A stretch of DNA of 63,306 nt, filler included. It is 5 parts of 5 records of this genome, joined end to end, with 100 filler letters (N's around TTAATTAATTAA, not from the genome) between each part and the next. Parts side by side here need not be neighbours in the genome. Positions count along the whole stretch, not along the records: positions 32,554 to 45,874 come from DRR723986_4713; positions 45,975 to 56,766 come from DRR723986_4724; 3 more parts are not named here. One strand, given 5' to 3'. The translations under genes were made by a program, and so were the position numbers. Under the pieces are notes generated by a model, which saw only the letters and a program-made list of their open reading frames with translations, was not told the origin of the DNA and searched no databases. Positions within the stretch are counted from its first letter, which is position 1. Each line of letters opens with the position of its first letter. Below are positions 39,860 to 49,102 of the stretch, in pieces.

Positions 39860-41083
39860 TTAAAGCACCTTATCCAAGGCAGCGATCAACTTATCAATCT
39901 CGGCTTTTGAAGTATAGTGCGTAAAGCTTAGGCGCAGAACGCCCTGAGCCGGGTCAACCCCCATGGATTGCAAGGCACGAACCGCGTAGAAATCACCACC
40001 GCCGGCCATGATGCCCTGTTCCGCAAGCTGAGCAGCCACAGGCTCTGCCGCTTGGTTCAGCGCCAAGGAGACTGTTGGGGCGCGTTTTTCGGCCTCATCA
40101 GGCCCTAACAACCGTACCGAGTTTCGATCCTTGACCGCATCCAGCAAAGGCTGAAGCAATTCAACCTCATGCGCGCGCATCAAATCATGAACAAACTCTG
40201 CCCGACGTGTGAGATCCCCCTCTGGTGCACCATGATGGGTCGCTAACAGTTCAACATAGTCGGCCATACCTGCGCTGGCTGCAATCTGCGCATGATCCGG
40301 TCCTGCAGGCGTAAACCGCTTGTACAGAGAATCTGCATTAAAAAAGTGTCCCTGATTGGGCAACAACTCCCCCAGAGTACGCCGGATCACCATACATCCC
40401 TGATGTGGACCATAGGTTTTATAAGCCGAGAACAGATAAATATCAGGCCCCAGATCACTTACATTCGCAAATCCATGTGGCGCATAGGATACCCCATCCA
40501 CACACACGAATGCCCCTGCAGCATGTGCAATTGCGGTAATTTCGGTAACGGGGTTAATTTCACCCACAACGTTGGAACAGTGAGGAAAGCAAACAAGACG
40601 GACAGTTTCGTCTAACAAGCCCTCTAAATCGTCGGGATTGAGGTGTCCGGTTTTGGGATCAATCTGCCATTCGCGAATTTCGATCCCTTCATCTGCCAAC
40701 CGGCGCCACGGTCCCGTGTTCGCCTCGTGATCCTGATTGGTCACGATGATCGCATCCCCGGGCTTCATCCACTGCCGGAACGCCTGCGCCAGAACATAGG
40801 TATTCTGAGTGGTTGACGGGCCAAAGCTGAGTTCATCAGTTTCGACCCCCAAAATGGCCGCCATGCGCGTGCGAGATTCGTCCATCTCGGCCCCGGCCAG
40901 GCGGCTTGCCTCGTAAGGGGCATAGGGTTGAACCTTACGTTGCGTATAATACCGCATTAGCCGATCAATCACCGGCTTACAGGTATACGACCCGCCTGCG
41001 TTTTCAAAGAAGGCCTGCCCTTGCAAGGACGGCTCGGAGAACGCCGGGAACTGCGCCCGGACAAAATCTAAATCCAGTGTCAT
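39860..41083 (-). CDS. Class V PLP enzyme (cysteine-desulfurase-like, lacking the SufS catalytic Cys)
   Basis: FVRAQFPAF, ENAGGS, DHEAN, DGVSYAPH and FSAYKTYGPH; GGGDFYA sits where SufS has the G-H-x-C motif. Confidence 0.85.
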   Translation of the reverse strand: MTLDLDFVRAQFPAFSEPSLQGQAFFENAGGSYTCKPVIDRLMRYYTQRKVQPYAPYEASRLAGAEMDESRTRMAAILGVETDELSFGPSTTQNTYVLAQAFRQWMKPGDAIIVTNQDHEANTGPWRRLADEGIEIREWQIDPKTGHLNPDDLEGLLDETVRLVCFPHCSNVVGEINPVTEITAIAHAAGAFVCVDGVSYAPHGFANVSDLGPDIYLFSAYKTYGPHQGCMVIRRTLGELLPNQGHFFNADSLYKRFTPAGPDHAQIAASAGMADYVELLATHHGAPEGDLTRRAEFVHDLMRAHEVELLQPLLDAVKDRNSVRLLGPDEAEKRAPTVSLALNQAAEPVAAQLAEQGIMAGGGDFYAVRALQSMGVDPAQGVLRLSFTHYTSKAEIDKLIAALDKVL

Positions 41084-41231
41084 GGGCACAGTCTTTGCTC
41101 CGTTTCATGCCATCGTCAAGCAGCGTTAAAGCTGGATCCAACGTATTGTGACTCGGGCCATAACTTGGGTGTGTTGAATTTTCACAAGGCTAGGCCGGGA
41201 TGCCAAGTAGCAAATCCCGACCTGCATAATG

Positions 41232-41669
41232 CTAGAAGCTCAATCTTGCATCTGCCTCCAACAAGGCGCTGGCCATTTCACCCGGCTCTGCAACACCGAC
41301 ACCATCCAGCAAAACATCGGCCTTTGCCACCTTGCCAGGAAGGTACAAAGCACAAACATCTACTTTGGCCCCCGGCTGTTTCATTATGCCCATCATCAGC
41401 TTTTGTGGGCTAATATCCATCGGCGGTTGCCCAGCAGTGGCGCTATCAGGGGCCGCTTTTAGCGCGATGTCTCCGGCCGGACCACAAAGCAACACATGCG
41501 GTTCCACGCCCTGCTTGGCCGCCTGCATGGTCAAAACCATCGCCATCAATTGTGTCTGCGGCTCGGCGGCAGTGACAACCGTGACCAGTGATTTTGACTC
41601 ATCTGACAAGGCAGCAGACGCAAAAAGGCTGCCTGCAACGGCGGTCATCGCCAACAATCGTTTCATCAC
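41232..41669 (-). CDS. Secreted DsrE/TusD-like protein
   Basis: Signal peptide; QTQLMAMVL, LLCGPAG and VDVCALYLP motifs. Confidence 0.7.
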   Translation of the reverse strand: MMKRLLAMTAVAGSLFASAALSDESKSLVTVVTAAEPQTQLMAMVLTMQAAKQGVEPHVLLCGPAGDIALKAAPDSATAGQPPMDISPQKLMMGIMKQPGAKVDVCALYLPGKVAKADVLLDGVGVAEPGEMASALLEADARLSF

Positions 41670-41766
41670 TCATGTTCCTTTCGAACGGATTTCAAATAGG
41701 CTGCCTCAAATTCATCCATCTGAGATACAGCTTTGATCGTCCTATTCGGATCTGACTGAGCGTGAT

Positions 41767-41780
41767 TTGATCTAGATCAC
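41767..41780. promoter_or_regulatory. FNR/FixK/DNR-like box
   Basis: TTGATCTAGATCAC vs consensus TTGAT-N4-ATCAA (one mismatch); about 100 nt upstream of the DsrE-like gene. Confidence 0.55.
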
Positions 41781-41809
41781 AAATATTCCAAAATCAGCAT
41801 GTAACCTAC

Positions 41810-41843
41810 AATGAATGCGCGAGATTTCTCTCACGCATTCATT
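41810..41843. terminator. Hairpin terminator downstream of acuI
   Basis: AATGAATGCG...CGCATTCATT inverted repeat. Confidence 0.7.
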
Positions 41844-41859
41844 CGCTATGTCACTGCGC

Positions 41860-42858
41860 TCAAGCGTTTACATCAACAACAACGCGCCCTTTAACCTGCC
41901 CTTGTAGAATGTCAGCCCCCAACTGTGGGAGGTCGCTCAAAGTTGCAGGGTGAACCATCGCCTCCAACTTATCCATCGGCAGATCTGTAGCAATCCGCTG
42001 CCACGCCCGCAGCCGATTGTCGAAGGGTTGCATAACGCTGTCGATCCCCAACAAATTCACACCGCGCAACAGGAACGGAATCACCGTCGCAGGCAAACCA
42101 GCACCACCCGCTAGACCAACCGACGCAACCGATGCCCCGTATTTCATCTGCCCAAGAACACGTGCCAACATTGGGCCACCGACCGCATCAATACACCCGG
42201 ACCAGGTTTCGCTTTCCAACGGTCGCTTGACGGTTTCATTCAACTCTTCGCGTGCAACAATCGACGTTGCGCCCAGTGATTTCAAATAGTCCCCAGTTTC
42301 AGGCCGCCCGGTAACACCAGCAACTTCATACCCCAGATGCGCCAAGATCGCGGTGGCAACCGAACCAACGCCGCCAGCTGCACCCGTCACCAACACGGGA
42401 CCATGCCCGGGCTGCAAGCCATGATCCTCGAGCGCCATGACCGAGAGCATCGCTGTAAATCCAGCGGTTCCAACGGCCATTGCCTGCCGCGCATCGAGCC
42501 CCTCTGGCAGAGGAACCAACCAATCCGCACGCACGTTGGCCTTTTGAGAGTAACCGCCCCAGTGCGCCTCACCCACACGCCATCCGGTCAGAACAACCTT
42601 GTCGCCGGGTTTATAGCGATCATCCTTGGAAGCCTCGACCGTACCTGCGAAATCAATACCCGGAATATGCGGGTATTTGCGAACCAGCCCGCCACCGTTC
42701 CCGCTCAGGCACAACCCATCTTTGTAGTTCACAGTTGAATAGTGGACCGCAACTGTCACTTCACCTTCCGGCAGATCCTCTAACCCGATCTGCTTTATCG
42801 AAGCGTTTGCTTTTCCACTGTCTTCGTCTTTGTCCATCACCAAAGCATTGAACATCAT
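41860..42858 (-). CDS. acuI: Acrylyl-CoA reductase AcuI (YhdH/MDR family)
   Basis: YSTVNYKDGL, PGIDFAG, AVGTAGFTAML and PFLLRGVNLLGIDSV; immediately downstream of dmdA. Confidence 0.93.
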   Translation of the reverse strand: MMFNALVMDKDEDSGKANASIKQIGLEDLPEGEVTVAVHYSTVNYKDGLCLSGNGGGLVRKYPHIPGIDFAGTVEASKDDRYKPGDKVVLTGWRVGEAHWGGYSQKANVRADWLVPLPEGLDARQAMAVGTAGFTAMLSVMALEDHGLQPGHGPVLVTGAAGGVGSVATAILAHLGYEVAGVTGRPETGDYLKSLGATSIVAREELNETVKRPLESETWSGCIDAVGGPMLARVLGQMKYGASVASVGLAGGAGLPATVIPFLLRGVNLLGIDSVMQPFDNRLRAWQRIATDLPMDKLEAMVHPATLSDLPQLGADILQGQVKGRVVVDVNA

Positions 42859-42939
42859 ACTCTCCTTTTCTTACAAGGCATTGGGCCCATAAGTTAATCA
42901 AATTTTGCAAATCCACTAACATCTAATGGATCCGTCATT

Positions 42940-44034
42940 TCATCGCCAAAAACGATCCTGAACTTCGGCCCAACGCATGCCCTGTTCCGTTTCGATTTCA
43001 ACCCGCGTACCTGGATCCCAATACGCGCGATCCACCATGCCGATCGCTACGTTCACCCCAAACTCGGGGGAGTAAACCGCAGATGCGACTTGGCCGACCT
43101 GCTGTCCCGTGGCCAACAAAGGCCAAGACCCTGTACAGGCCCCGATTTCACCTTCGATAACCAATGGTCGGATCTGCCGTTTCGGTCCGTTCTCTGCCTG
43201 CTCTGTCAAAGCTTGCTTGCCAATGAAATCATCTGGAGAATTACAGAACTTACCCAAGCCACATTCATACGGCGTATTGTCTCGGCGCATGTCAGATCCA
43301 AAGCTGAGCAGCCCGCTTTCGATCCGCTCGATATTGTTTGGGCACCCCGCGCGTACATTCAAATCTTCGCCTGCTGCAAAAAGAGCATCCCACAGCGGCA
43401 TACCATATTCACTGCCCTCAACGTAGATTTCAAAGCCACCCTGCTTTGACCACCCCGAACGCGCCACCACAAATTCCTGCCCCTGAAACGGAAGACGTTT
43501 ATATCGGAAAAATTTAATTTCACGCACGATTTCTCCGAACACCCGTGCCATCAGGTCGTCCGCCTTTGGCCCCTGAACCGCCAAAGGGGAAACATCTGGT
43601 TCGTCAATTTCAACATTCAACCCGCACCCAACTGCAATGCCAAGCGCATACTGCCAAAGATCTCCGTCTGCGACCGACAGCCAATAGTGATCGTCGGCCA
43701 GTTTGATCGACACGGGATCATTTAACATGCCGCCTGCTTGATCCACAGCGGGAACGTAATAACATTGATCCCCTGCCATTTTGTCCATGTCACGCGGGCT
43801 GATGAGCTTCATCAACTTCAGCGCATCTGGTCCCTTGATTTGCACCTGACGCTCACAGGATACATCCCAAACCTGAACGTGCTGCTTCAAATGCGCCGCA
43901 TCCTCTGCAACCCCGTTGAAAAAGGTCGGTAACAACATGTGATTGTACACAGTGTACCCCTGAACACCGGCGGCTTCGACGCCCGGCGAAAACGGGGTCT
44001 TGCGTACGCGACGTGATGGAAAAATTACGGCCAT
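42940..44034 (-). CDS. dmdA: Dimethylsulfoniopropionate demethylase
   Basis: MAVIFPSRRVRKTPFS...YTVYNHMLLPT, VQVWDVSCERQV and RSGWSKQGGFEIY; dmdA-acuI synteny; SD GAGGAG. Confidence 0.95.
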   Translation of the reverse strand: MAVIFPSRRVRKTPFSPGVEAAGVQGYTVYNHMLLPTFFNGVAEDAAHLKQHVQVWDVSCERQVQIKGPDALKLMKLISPRDMDKMAGDQCYYVPAVDQAGGMLNDPVSIKLADDHYWLSVADGDLWQYALGIAVGCGLNVEIDEPDVSPLAVQGPKADDLMARVFGEIVREIKFFRYKRLPFQGQEFVVARSGWSKQGGFEIYVEGSEYGMPLWDALFAAGEDLNVRAGCPNNIERIESGLLSFGSDMRRDNTPYECGLGKFCNSPDDFIGKQALTEQAENGPKRQIRPLVIEGEIGACTGSWPLLATGQQVGQVASAVYSPEFGVNVAIGMVDRAYWDPGTRVEIETEQGMRWAEVQDRFWR

Positions 44035-44234
44035 TTTCGTATCTCCTCTCGGATCAAACCTGCACGCACGATCAGGCGCACAGAAAGAAAACATTTTAAC
44101 CCTTTGAAAAAAGATCTTTTCAGAGGGGTCTCACCTTTGCATCCTCGGCCTTAAGACCGCCTTGTCTGAAAGACACCACAATAGATTTTGTGGGGTAACC
44201 TAGTTAGACAGATCGCGACTCAAGTCTTTGGGTG

Positions 44235-44269
44235 AAAATGTCAGACTTTTAATTGTCTGACAATTAAAA
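44235..44269. promoter_or_regulatory. Tandem FadR/GntR operator palindromes
   Basis: TTTTAATTGTC-T-GACAATTAAAA (44247-44269, 11-bp arms) overlapping AAAATGTCAGACTTTT (44235-44250). Confidence 0.8.
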
Positions 44270-44283
44270 AGGGCTGCGACCAG

Positions 44284-45030
44284 ATGAAAATTGACCCGAA
44301 TAGTCCGACCGACCTGTCCGCACAGATTGCGCAAGCCATCCGGGATGCGATCATTGCAGGGGAACTCATCGTAGATGAGCGCCTTCCTTCTGAGGCAGAG
44401 CTAAGCGAACAATTCCAAGTGTCGCGGTCCACTGTTCGCGAAGCTTTGAAGCGGCTTGCGGCGCAATCTTTGATCCGAACACAGCGTGGCGCCACCGGTG
44501 GGGCGTTTGTCAATCGGCTCAGTTTCGAAGATGCCTATTCACAGCAAATCACCACATCGACACTGTTGCTCAGTATGAATGCGGTCAGCTTTGACACCGC
44601 ATGCGAAGCCCGGTTTGCGCTAGAACGCGCCTGTGCACCCTTGTCCGCTCAGCGGCGTACCCCTGACCAACTGGCCACGATGCGTGCCGAAATTTTTAGG
44701 CAAGGCCAACCGGGTCTGACTGATGAGGCATTTTGCGCATCAGATGTTGCGTTTCATCGGGCGCTTGTTGATGGGGCTGGAAATCCGATCCTGTCATATC
44801 AATTGGCCGGCGCAGTCGAAGCGATGCAGCCCCTTATGAATATGATCACCTTTACCGCGCGATCACGCGAAGAGATCGTCACACTGCACACACGCATCAC
44901 GGACGCCATCCAAAGCCACAATGCCCCAGATGCAGACGCGGCTTTGGCAGAACTGATGACATATACGATTTCGCTAAAAGACAATGTCATGGCCGCGCGT
45001 CTCAACAAGTCAGAACCAGCACAGAGTTGA
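44284..45030 (+). CDS. dmdR: FadR/GntR-family regulator divergent from dmdA (DmdR-like)
   Basis: wHTH RLPSEAELSEQFQVSRSTVREAL; FCD motif DVAFHRAL; position as in Roseobacter dmdR-dmdA-acuI. Confidence 0.85.
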   Translation: MKIDPNSPTDLSAQIAQAIRDAIIAGELIVDERLPSEAELSEQFQVSRSTVREALKRLAAQSLIRTQRGATGGAFVNRLSFEDAYSQQITTSTLLLSMNAVSFDTACEARFALERACAPLSAQRRTPDQLATMRAEIFRQGQPGLTDEAFCASDVAFHRALVDGAGNPILSYQLAGAVEAMQPLMNMITFTARSREEIVTLHTRITDAIQSHNAPDADAALAELMTYTISLKDNVMAARLNKSEPAQS

Positions 45031-45084
45031 TCTTGCATCTGTCAGGCAAACAAGATTTGTCGGCGTTTAGATCAAGAAGAGGAC

Positions 45085-45747
45085 ATGACTTTGCGCGCGA
45101 CAGACCACCTTTGCCAGCTTGCTGCGGCAGACTGGACAGCAGCAACAACCCACCCATTTACCGCAGAGCTGGCTAACGGCACTCTGCCCCTGGATAAAAT
45201 GCGCTGGTATCTTGCTCAGGATTATCAATTCATCGACGGATTTGTGCGCCTGTTAGCCAGCGCCATCGCACAAGCGCCCAGCTTGGCGGATTCAGTTCCG
45301 GCGGCTCAATTTCTTGCGGTGATCACGGGGCCTGAGAACACCTATTTCCTGCGTTCATTTGATGCTTTGGATATGGACGACGACGCACGCAACGCACCCG
45401 CGGCACCCGCCACCCAAGAGTTTCAAAAACTGATGGCGGATGCTGCTGCCTCGGGCCGTTACGAGCTCATGTTGGCAGTGCTTGTAGTGGCGGAATGGAC
45501 TTATCTCAGCTGGGCCACACCCGTAAATCCCCCACGCGATGGCCTGCCGTTTTGGTTTTCTGAGTGGGTCACCCTTCACGCTGGCGAAGGATTCGAGGGC
45601 GTGGTCGAATACTTGCGCTCCCAACTAGATCAGGTCTGGCCCACCCTGTCGGCCCCCGCGCAAAAAGAGGTTGAGACGCTGTTCACACACGCCGTCGCGC
45701 TAGAACGCGCGTTTTTCGATGCTTCTTACGCAGCTTCACCCCAATAA
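45085..45747 (+). CDS. TenA/THI-4 family protein
   Basis: HPFTAELANGTL, YLAQDYQF, EWTYLSWA and LERAFFD motifs. Confidence 0.88.
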   Translation: MTLRATDHLCQLAAADWTAATTHPFTAELANGTLPLDKMRWYLAQDYQFIDGFVRLLASAIAQAPSLADSVPAAQFLAVITGPENTYFLRSFDALDMDDDARNAPAAPATQEFQKLMADAAASGRYELMLAVLVVAEWTYLSWATPVNPPRDGLPFWFSEWVTLHAGEGFEGVVEYLRSQLDQVWPTLSAPAQKEVETLFTHAVALERAFFDASYAASPQ

Positions 45748-45809
45748 AAATATTTAAAACCGGGGCCTGCAACCCTTTGCATCCCTCGTGTCACTCACCT
45801 ATATAGAGA

Positions 45810-45874
45810 ATGTCCTTCGGGACTATGGACATAAATGCGCTCGTAATAAACGGATCGGACCCGGGGGCGGTACC
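45810..45874 (+). ncRNA. ssrA: Two-piece (permuted) tmRNA, acceptor piece, truncated
   Basis: ATGTCC...GGACAT hairpin, then GCGCTCGTAATAAACGGATCGGACCCGGGGGCGGTACC, typical of Rhodobacteraceae ssrA; TTGCAT...TATATA promoter upstream. Confidence 0.8.
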
Positions 45875-45974
45875 NNNNNNNNNNNNNNNNNNNNNNNNNN
45901 NNNNNNNNNNNNNNNNNNTTAATTAATTAANNNNNNNNNNNNNNNNNNNNNNNNNNNNNNNNNNNNNNNNNNNN
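45875..45974. other. Artificial contig spacer
   Basis: 44 N + TTAATTAATTAA + 44 N. Confidence 0.99.
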
Positions 45975-46193
45975 TCTGGCTTTGCCTCCACAGTTCGACT
46001 AGCGAAGTCAAGTCCAGCAATGTGGTCACCTATTTTCACTGAGAACAAAGACAATATCTTATCTGCACTGGATGGATACATCTCCAATTTGAGCGCTTTC
46101 CGCGAAAAAATTGCCGCAAGCGACGGGCAAGGACTGTCTAATGATATGACTGAAATCAATAAAATTGGAGATATTCTGGATCTGGAGAAGTAA
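45975..46193 (+). CDS. tyrA: Prephenate dehydrogenase, C-terminal fragment
   Basis: Manual translation SGFASTVRLAKSSPAMWSPIFTENKDNIL...DLEK*. Confidence 0.88.
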   Translation, partial: SGFASTVRLAKSSPAMWSPIFTENKDNILSALDGYISNLSAFREKIAASDGQGLSNDMTEINKIGDILDLEK

Positions 46194-46234
46194 ATCGATT
46201 TCGGGGTTCCGATGTATGATTTCGGATTTTAATC

Positions 46235-46269
46235 AACGCCATTTGAAAGTTCAAGTGGCGTTTTTTTTT
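46235..46269 (+). terminator. Intrinsic terminator
   Basis: AACGCCATTTGAA..TTCAAGTGGCGTT followed by a T run. Confidence 0.85.
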
Positions 46270-46381
46270 AACTATGAGTACGCTGAGTTTTTCCTGGAGG
46301 GTGCAAGAAAGTTGATCACCGGACTATTATAATAACCATTCCAAATTCAGTAATTTGAACTCCATAAAACGACCCAATCCT

Positions 46382-47353
46382 ATGAAATCCTTTTTCACGC
46401 TAGCATTTCTCCTTATTGCTGTAACAGCATTTTCTCAGTCCAAAGATCACTGGACAACTATAGAAACAGAAAACTTCCCCCTTCCAAGACATGAAAATTC
46501 CTTTGTAGAGAACAATGGTAAATTTTATCTTTTAGGCGGACGTGGGATAAAACCTATTGAAGAATACGATCCCAAAACCAACATGTGGAAGACAATGGCA
46601 ATGGCTCCTATGGAATTCCATCATTTTCAAGCCATCTCATTCAAAAATGAAATTTACGTGATTGGAGCCTTAACAGGTGGGTATCCTCACGAAACGCCAT
46701 TGACCCATTTTCTGATTTTCAATCCAAAAACAAATGAATGGCGACAGGGAGCTGAAATTCCTGAAGATAGAAGAAGGGGCTCAGTTGGAGTAACAGTTCG
46801 TGGTGATAAAATCTACCTGGTATGCGGCATCGTCGATGGACATTATGCCGACTTTGTTCCGTGGTTTGACGAGTATGATGCCAAAACAGGCCAATGGACA
46901 GTTCTTCCGGATGCACCAAGACCCAGAGATCATTTTGGGGCTGTATTGGTAGAGGATAAAATCTATGCAGCTGGCGGGAGAACTTCTCACGCTGAAATTG
47001 GAAAAGTGCTGGATTTGGTAATACCCGAGGTTGATTTCTTTGATTTCAAAACTAATTCCTGGAATACAGTGGAGGCAGGTTTGCCTACCCCAAGAGGAGG
47101 CACTTCATCCATTGGAAATGGAAAATATTTACTGGTGATGAATGGTGAAAGTACAGTGCAAGAATCCTCTCATGCAGAGGTTGAAGTTCTCGATACTCGA
47201 ACTGGCGAATGGTCAAGCCTTCCTGATTTGAATCGAGGGCGACATGGCACTGGAGTGATCTACTACAAAGGCAAGCTCTATGTGGCAGCTGGAAGTGCCA
47301 AACGAGGTGGAGGCCCAGAGCTGAACACCATGGAAGCACTGGACTGGAAATAG
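46382..47353 (+). CDS. Secreted kelch-repeat beta-propeller protein
   Basis: Signal peptide; six GG/G...Y/F-D/N...W kelch blades (PRHE, PRDH, PRGG, GRHG). Confidence 0.9.
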   Translation: MKSFFTLAFLLIAVTAFSQSKDHWTTIETENFPLPRHENSFVENNGKFYLLGGRGIKPIEEYDPKTNMWKTMAMAPMEFHHFQAISFKNEIYVIGALTGGYPHETPLTHFLIFNPKTNEWRQGAEIPEDRRRGSVGVTVRGDKIYLVCGIVDGHYADFVPWFDEYDAKTGQWTVLPDAPRPRDHFGAVLVEDKIYAAGGRTSHAEIGKVLDLVIPEVDFFDFKTNSWNTVEAGLPTPRGGTSSIGNGKYLLVMNGESTVQESSHAEVEVLDTRTGEWSSLPDLNRGRHGTGVIYYKGKLYVAAGSAKRGGGPELNTMEALDWK

Positions 47354-47519
47354 GAATCTCTTATTTCGGAATTTTTAATTAGGAAGTTGGCAACGTTGAA
47401 AATGATAAGTGAAGATTGAGTTTTGAATTCCCATTCCCTTAATTTCCCTTAATTGACACTTTGATTTATAAAACTGGCTTCCATTTTGAATACATGTAGT
47501 CGTAACTAACCAAACTGAT

Positions 47520-48221
47520 ATGAAAAATTACTTAACCATACTATTCGCCTTACTCTTAGCCGTTCCAGTTTTTGCGCAAGACGATATGACTATTCCTTTG
47601 ATCGAAGTGGAAGGGTTTAGCGAAAAAAAGATCGCACCTGACGAAGCGACTTTCCAAATTAATCTGGAAGAAAAAGCAATGAAAGTTACCGATGCCGTTG
47701 CAGTGATCAATAAGAAAACGCAATTACTCGCTGACGCCTTGAAAAAAGCTAAAATCAAGGATTATAAATTAATTGCAGACAATTATTCTGTAGATGTGAA
47801 TCGAATCTATCGAAGTGGTGTACAACGGGATTCAGGCTATGTAGCACGTCAAGCTTTACGGGTGGTGACTAACAGCAAAAATGAAGATTTGCAGAAAATT
47901 GTAGAGTCTATCCAAGGAGCTGGAGACATGAGCTTTAATCTTCATTTTCAGATCTCAGAAGCTACTCAAAAGTCTCTAGAAGACGAATTGCTTGCTGCTG
48001 CATTGAGAAATGCAGAAAGCCGTGCACAACTCATCGCCCAGACATTGGGAATCAAATCCATCCGAGTACACAGAGTCTCATTGGATTCTCACCCAATTCC
48101 TGTGGCCTATGCTAAAATGGAAATGATGCGAACCAATGCAGATGGAGCTCCCGCACCTCCATTGTTAAATCCTGATGAGCAAAGTCTTCAAAAGAGAGTA
48201 TATGTGAAATATACTTACTAA
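47520..48221 (+). CDS. SIMPL (DUF541/YggE) domain protein
   Basis: Signal peptide; IEVEG...IAPDEA and ALRNAESRAQLIAQTLG motifs. Confidence 0.88.
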   Translation: MKNYLTILFALLLAVPVFAQDDMTIPLIEVEGFSEKKIAPDEATFQINLEEKAMKVTDAVAVINKKTQLLADALKKAKIKDYKLIADNYSVDVNRIYRSGVQRDSGYVARQALRVVTNSKNEDLQKIVESIQGAGDMSFNLHFQISEATQKSLEDELLAAALRNAESRAQLIAQTLGIKSIRVHRVSLDSHPIPVAYAKMEMMRTNADGAPAPPLLNPDEQSLQKRVYVKYTY

Positions 48222-48225
48222 ATTT

Positions 48226-48247
48226 AAATCCGCGAAAGCGGATTTTT
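48226..48247 (+). terminator. Intrinsic terminator
   Basis: AAATCCGC-GAAA-GCGGATTTTT. Confidence 0.85.
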
Positions 48248-48297
48248 ACGTTACTTTTTGGGTCTTCGAACTCTACCAACTTTAAAATTTTTATAAG

Positions 48298-48879
48298 ATG
48301 AATCTTTCAGCAATTGTTAATAGACCTAGAGCACATGCTACTATAGAAGCAAAATGTCAAGAAATAGGCTTTGATAAACCTTCCGATATTTATATAGGAA
48401 CACTACTGAAATCACTAGTAGCGAGCAAACCTTGCGGAAATTTTCTTGAACTTGGGACTGGAATTGGGCTTTCGCTTTCTTGGATGACCGATGGTATGGA
48501 CGATTGTGGAAATATCATATCCATAGACACTGATCCGCAACTCACAGAAATAGTGAGCCATTTTTTCATGCTAGATCCAAGAGTAGATATCCTATGTCAA
48601 GACGGCTCTGATTGGATCAATAACTATTCAGGAGATAAATTTGATTTGATTTTTGCTGATGCATGGCCAGGAAAATTCAGCGATTTGGACAAGGTGCTGG
48701 AATTGGTGAAAATAGGTGGCATCTACATTATCGATGATATGAATGAGCAACCAAACTGGCCTGATGGCCATGCCCAAAAAGTAAAAAAGCTAGTATCAAC
48801 TCTAGAAGCACGAGAAGATTTTTGTATGACCAAAATGGACTGGTCTACGGGGATTATTTTGATGACAAAATTGAAATAA
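48298..48879 (+). CDS. Class I SAM-dependent O-methyltransferase
   Basis: LELGTGIG, FDLIFADAWPGK and GGIYIIDD motifs. Confidence 0.88.
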   Translation: MNLSAIVNRPRAHATIEAKCQEIGFDKPSDIYIGTLLKSLVASKPCGNFLELGTGIGLSLSWMTDGMDDCGNIISIDTDPQLTEIVSHFFMLDPRVDILCQDGSDWINNYSGDKFDLIFADAWPGKFSDLDKVLELVKIGGIYIIDDMNEQPNWPDGHAQKVKKLVSTLEAREDFCMTKMDWSTGIILMTKLK

Positions 48880-49102
48880 GCCTCATTCATTGCTCAAGAG
48901 CAAATACCACTTTTACAAAACATCTTAATATTACTTTCCTTATTCTTAAAATCTGGATTCTTGCATTTGCGCAAGCATAAACTATCACATGAGAACCTTT
49001 GGTGATTAGGGAAAATGTGGAGGGGATTCGTTAAAGCTTTGCGTGAAAAACGGGCGTTACTAGTTACTTACGTGAATGCGATATGGTGCGCTTTCTAGTA
49101 TA

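Noticed and set aside
44100-44200. Glycine riboswitch upstream of the GcvT-fold dmdA
   Set aside because: Only loose similarity (GCCGAGGATGCAA, CTTTCAGACAA), in the wrong order and lacking the GGAGA and CTCTCAGG cores; an Rfam scan would settle it
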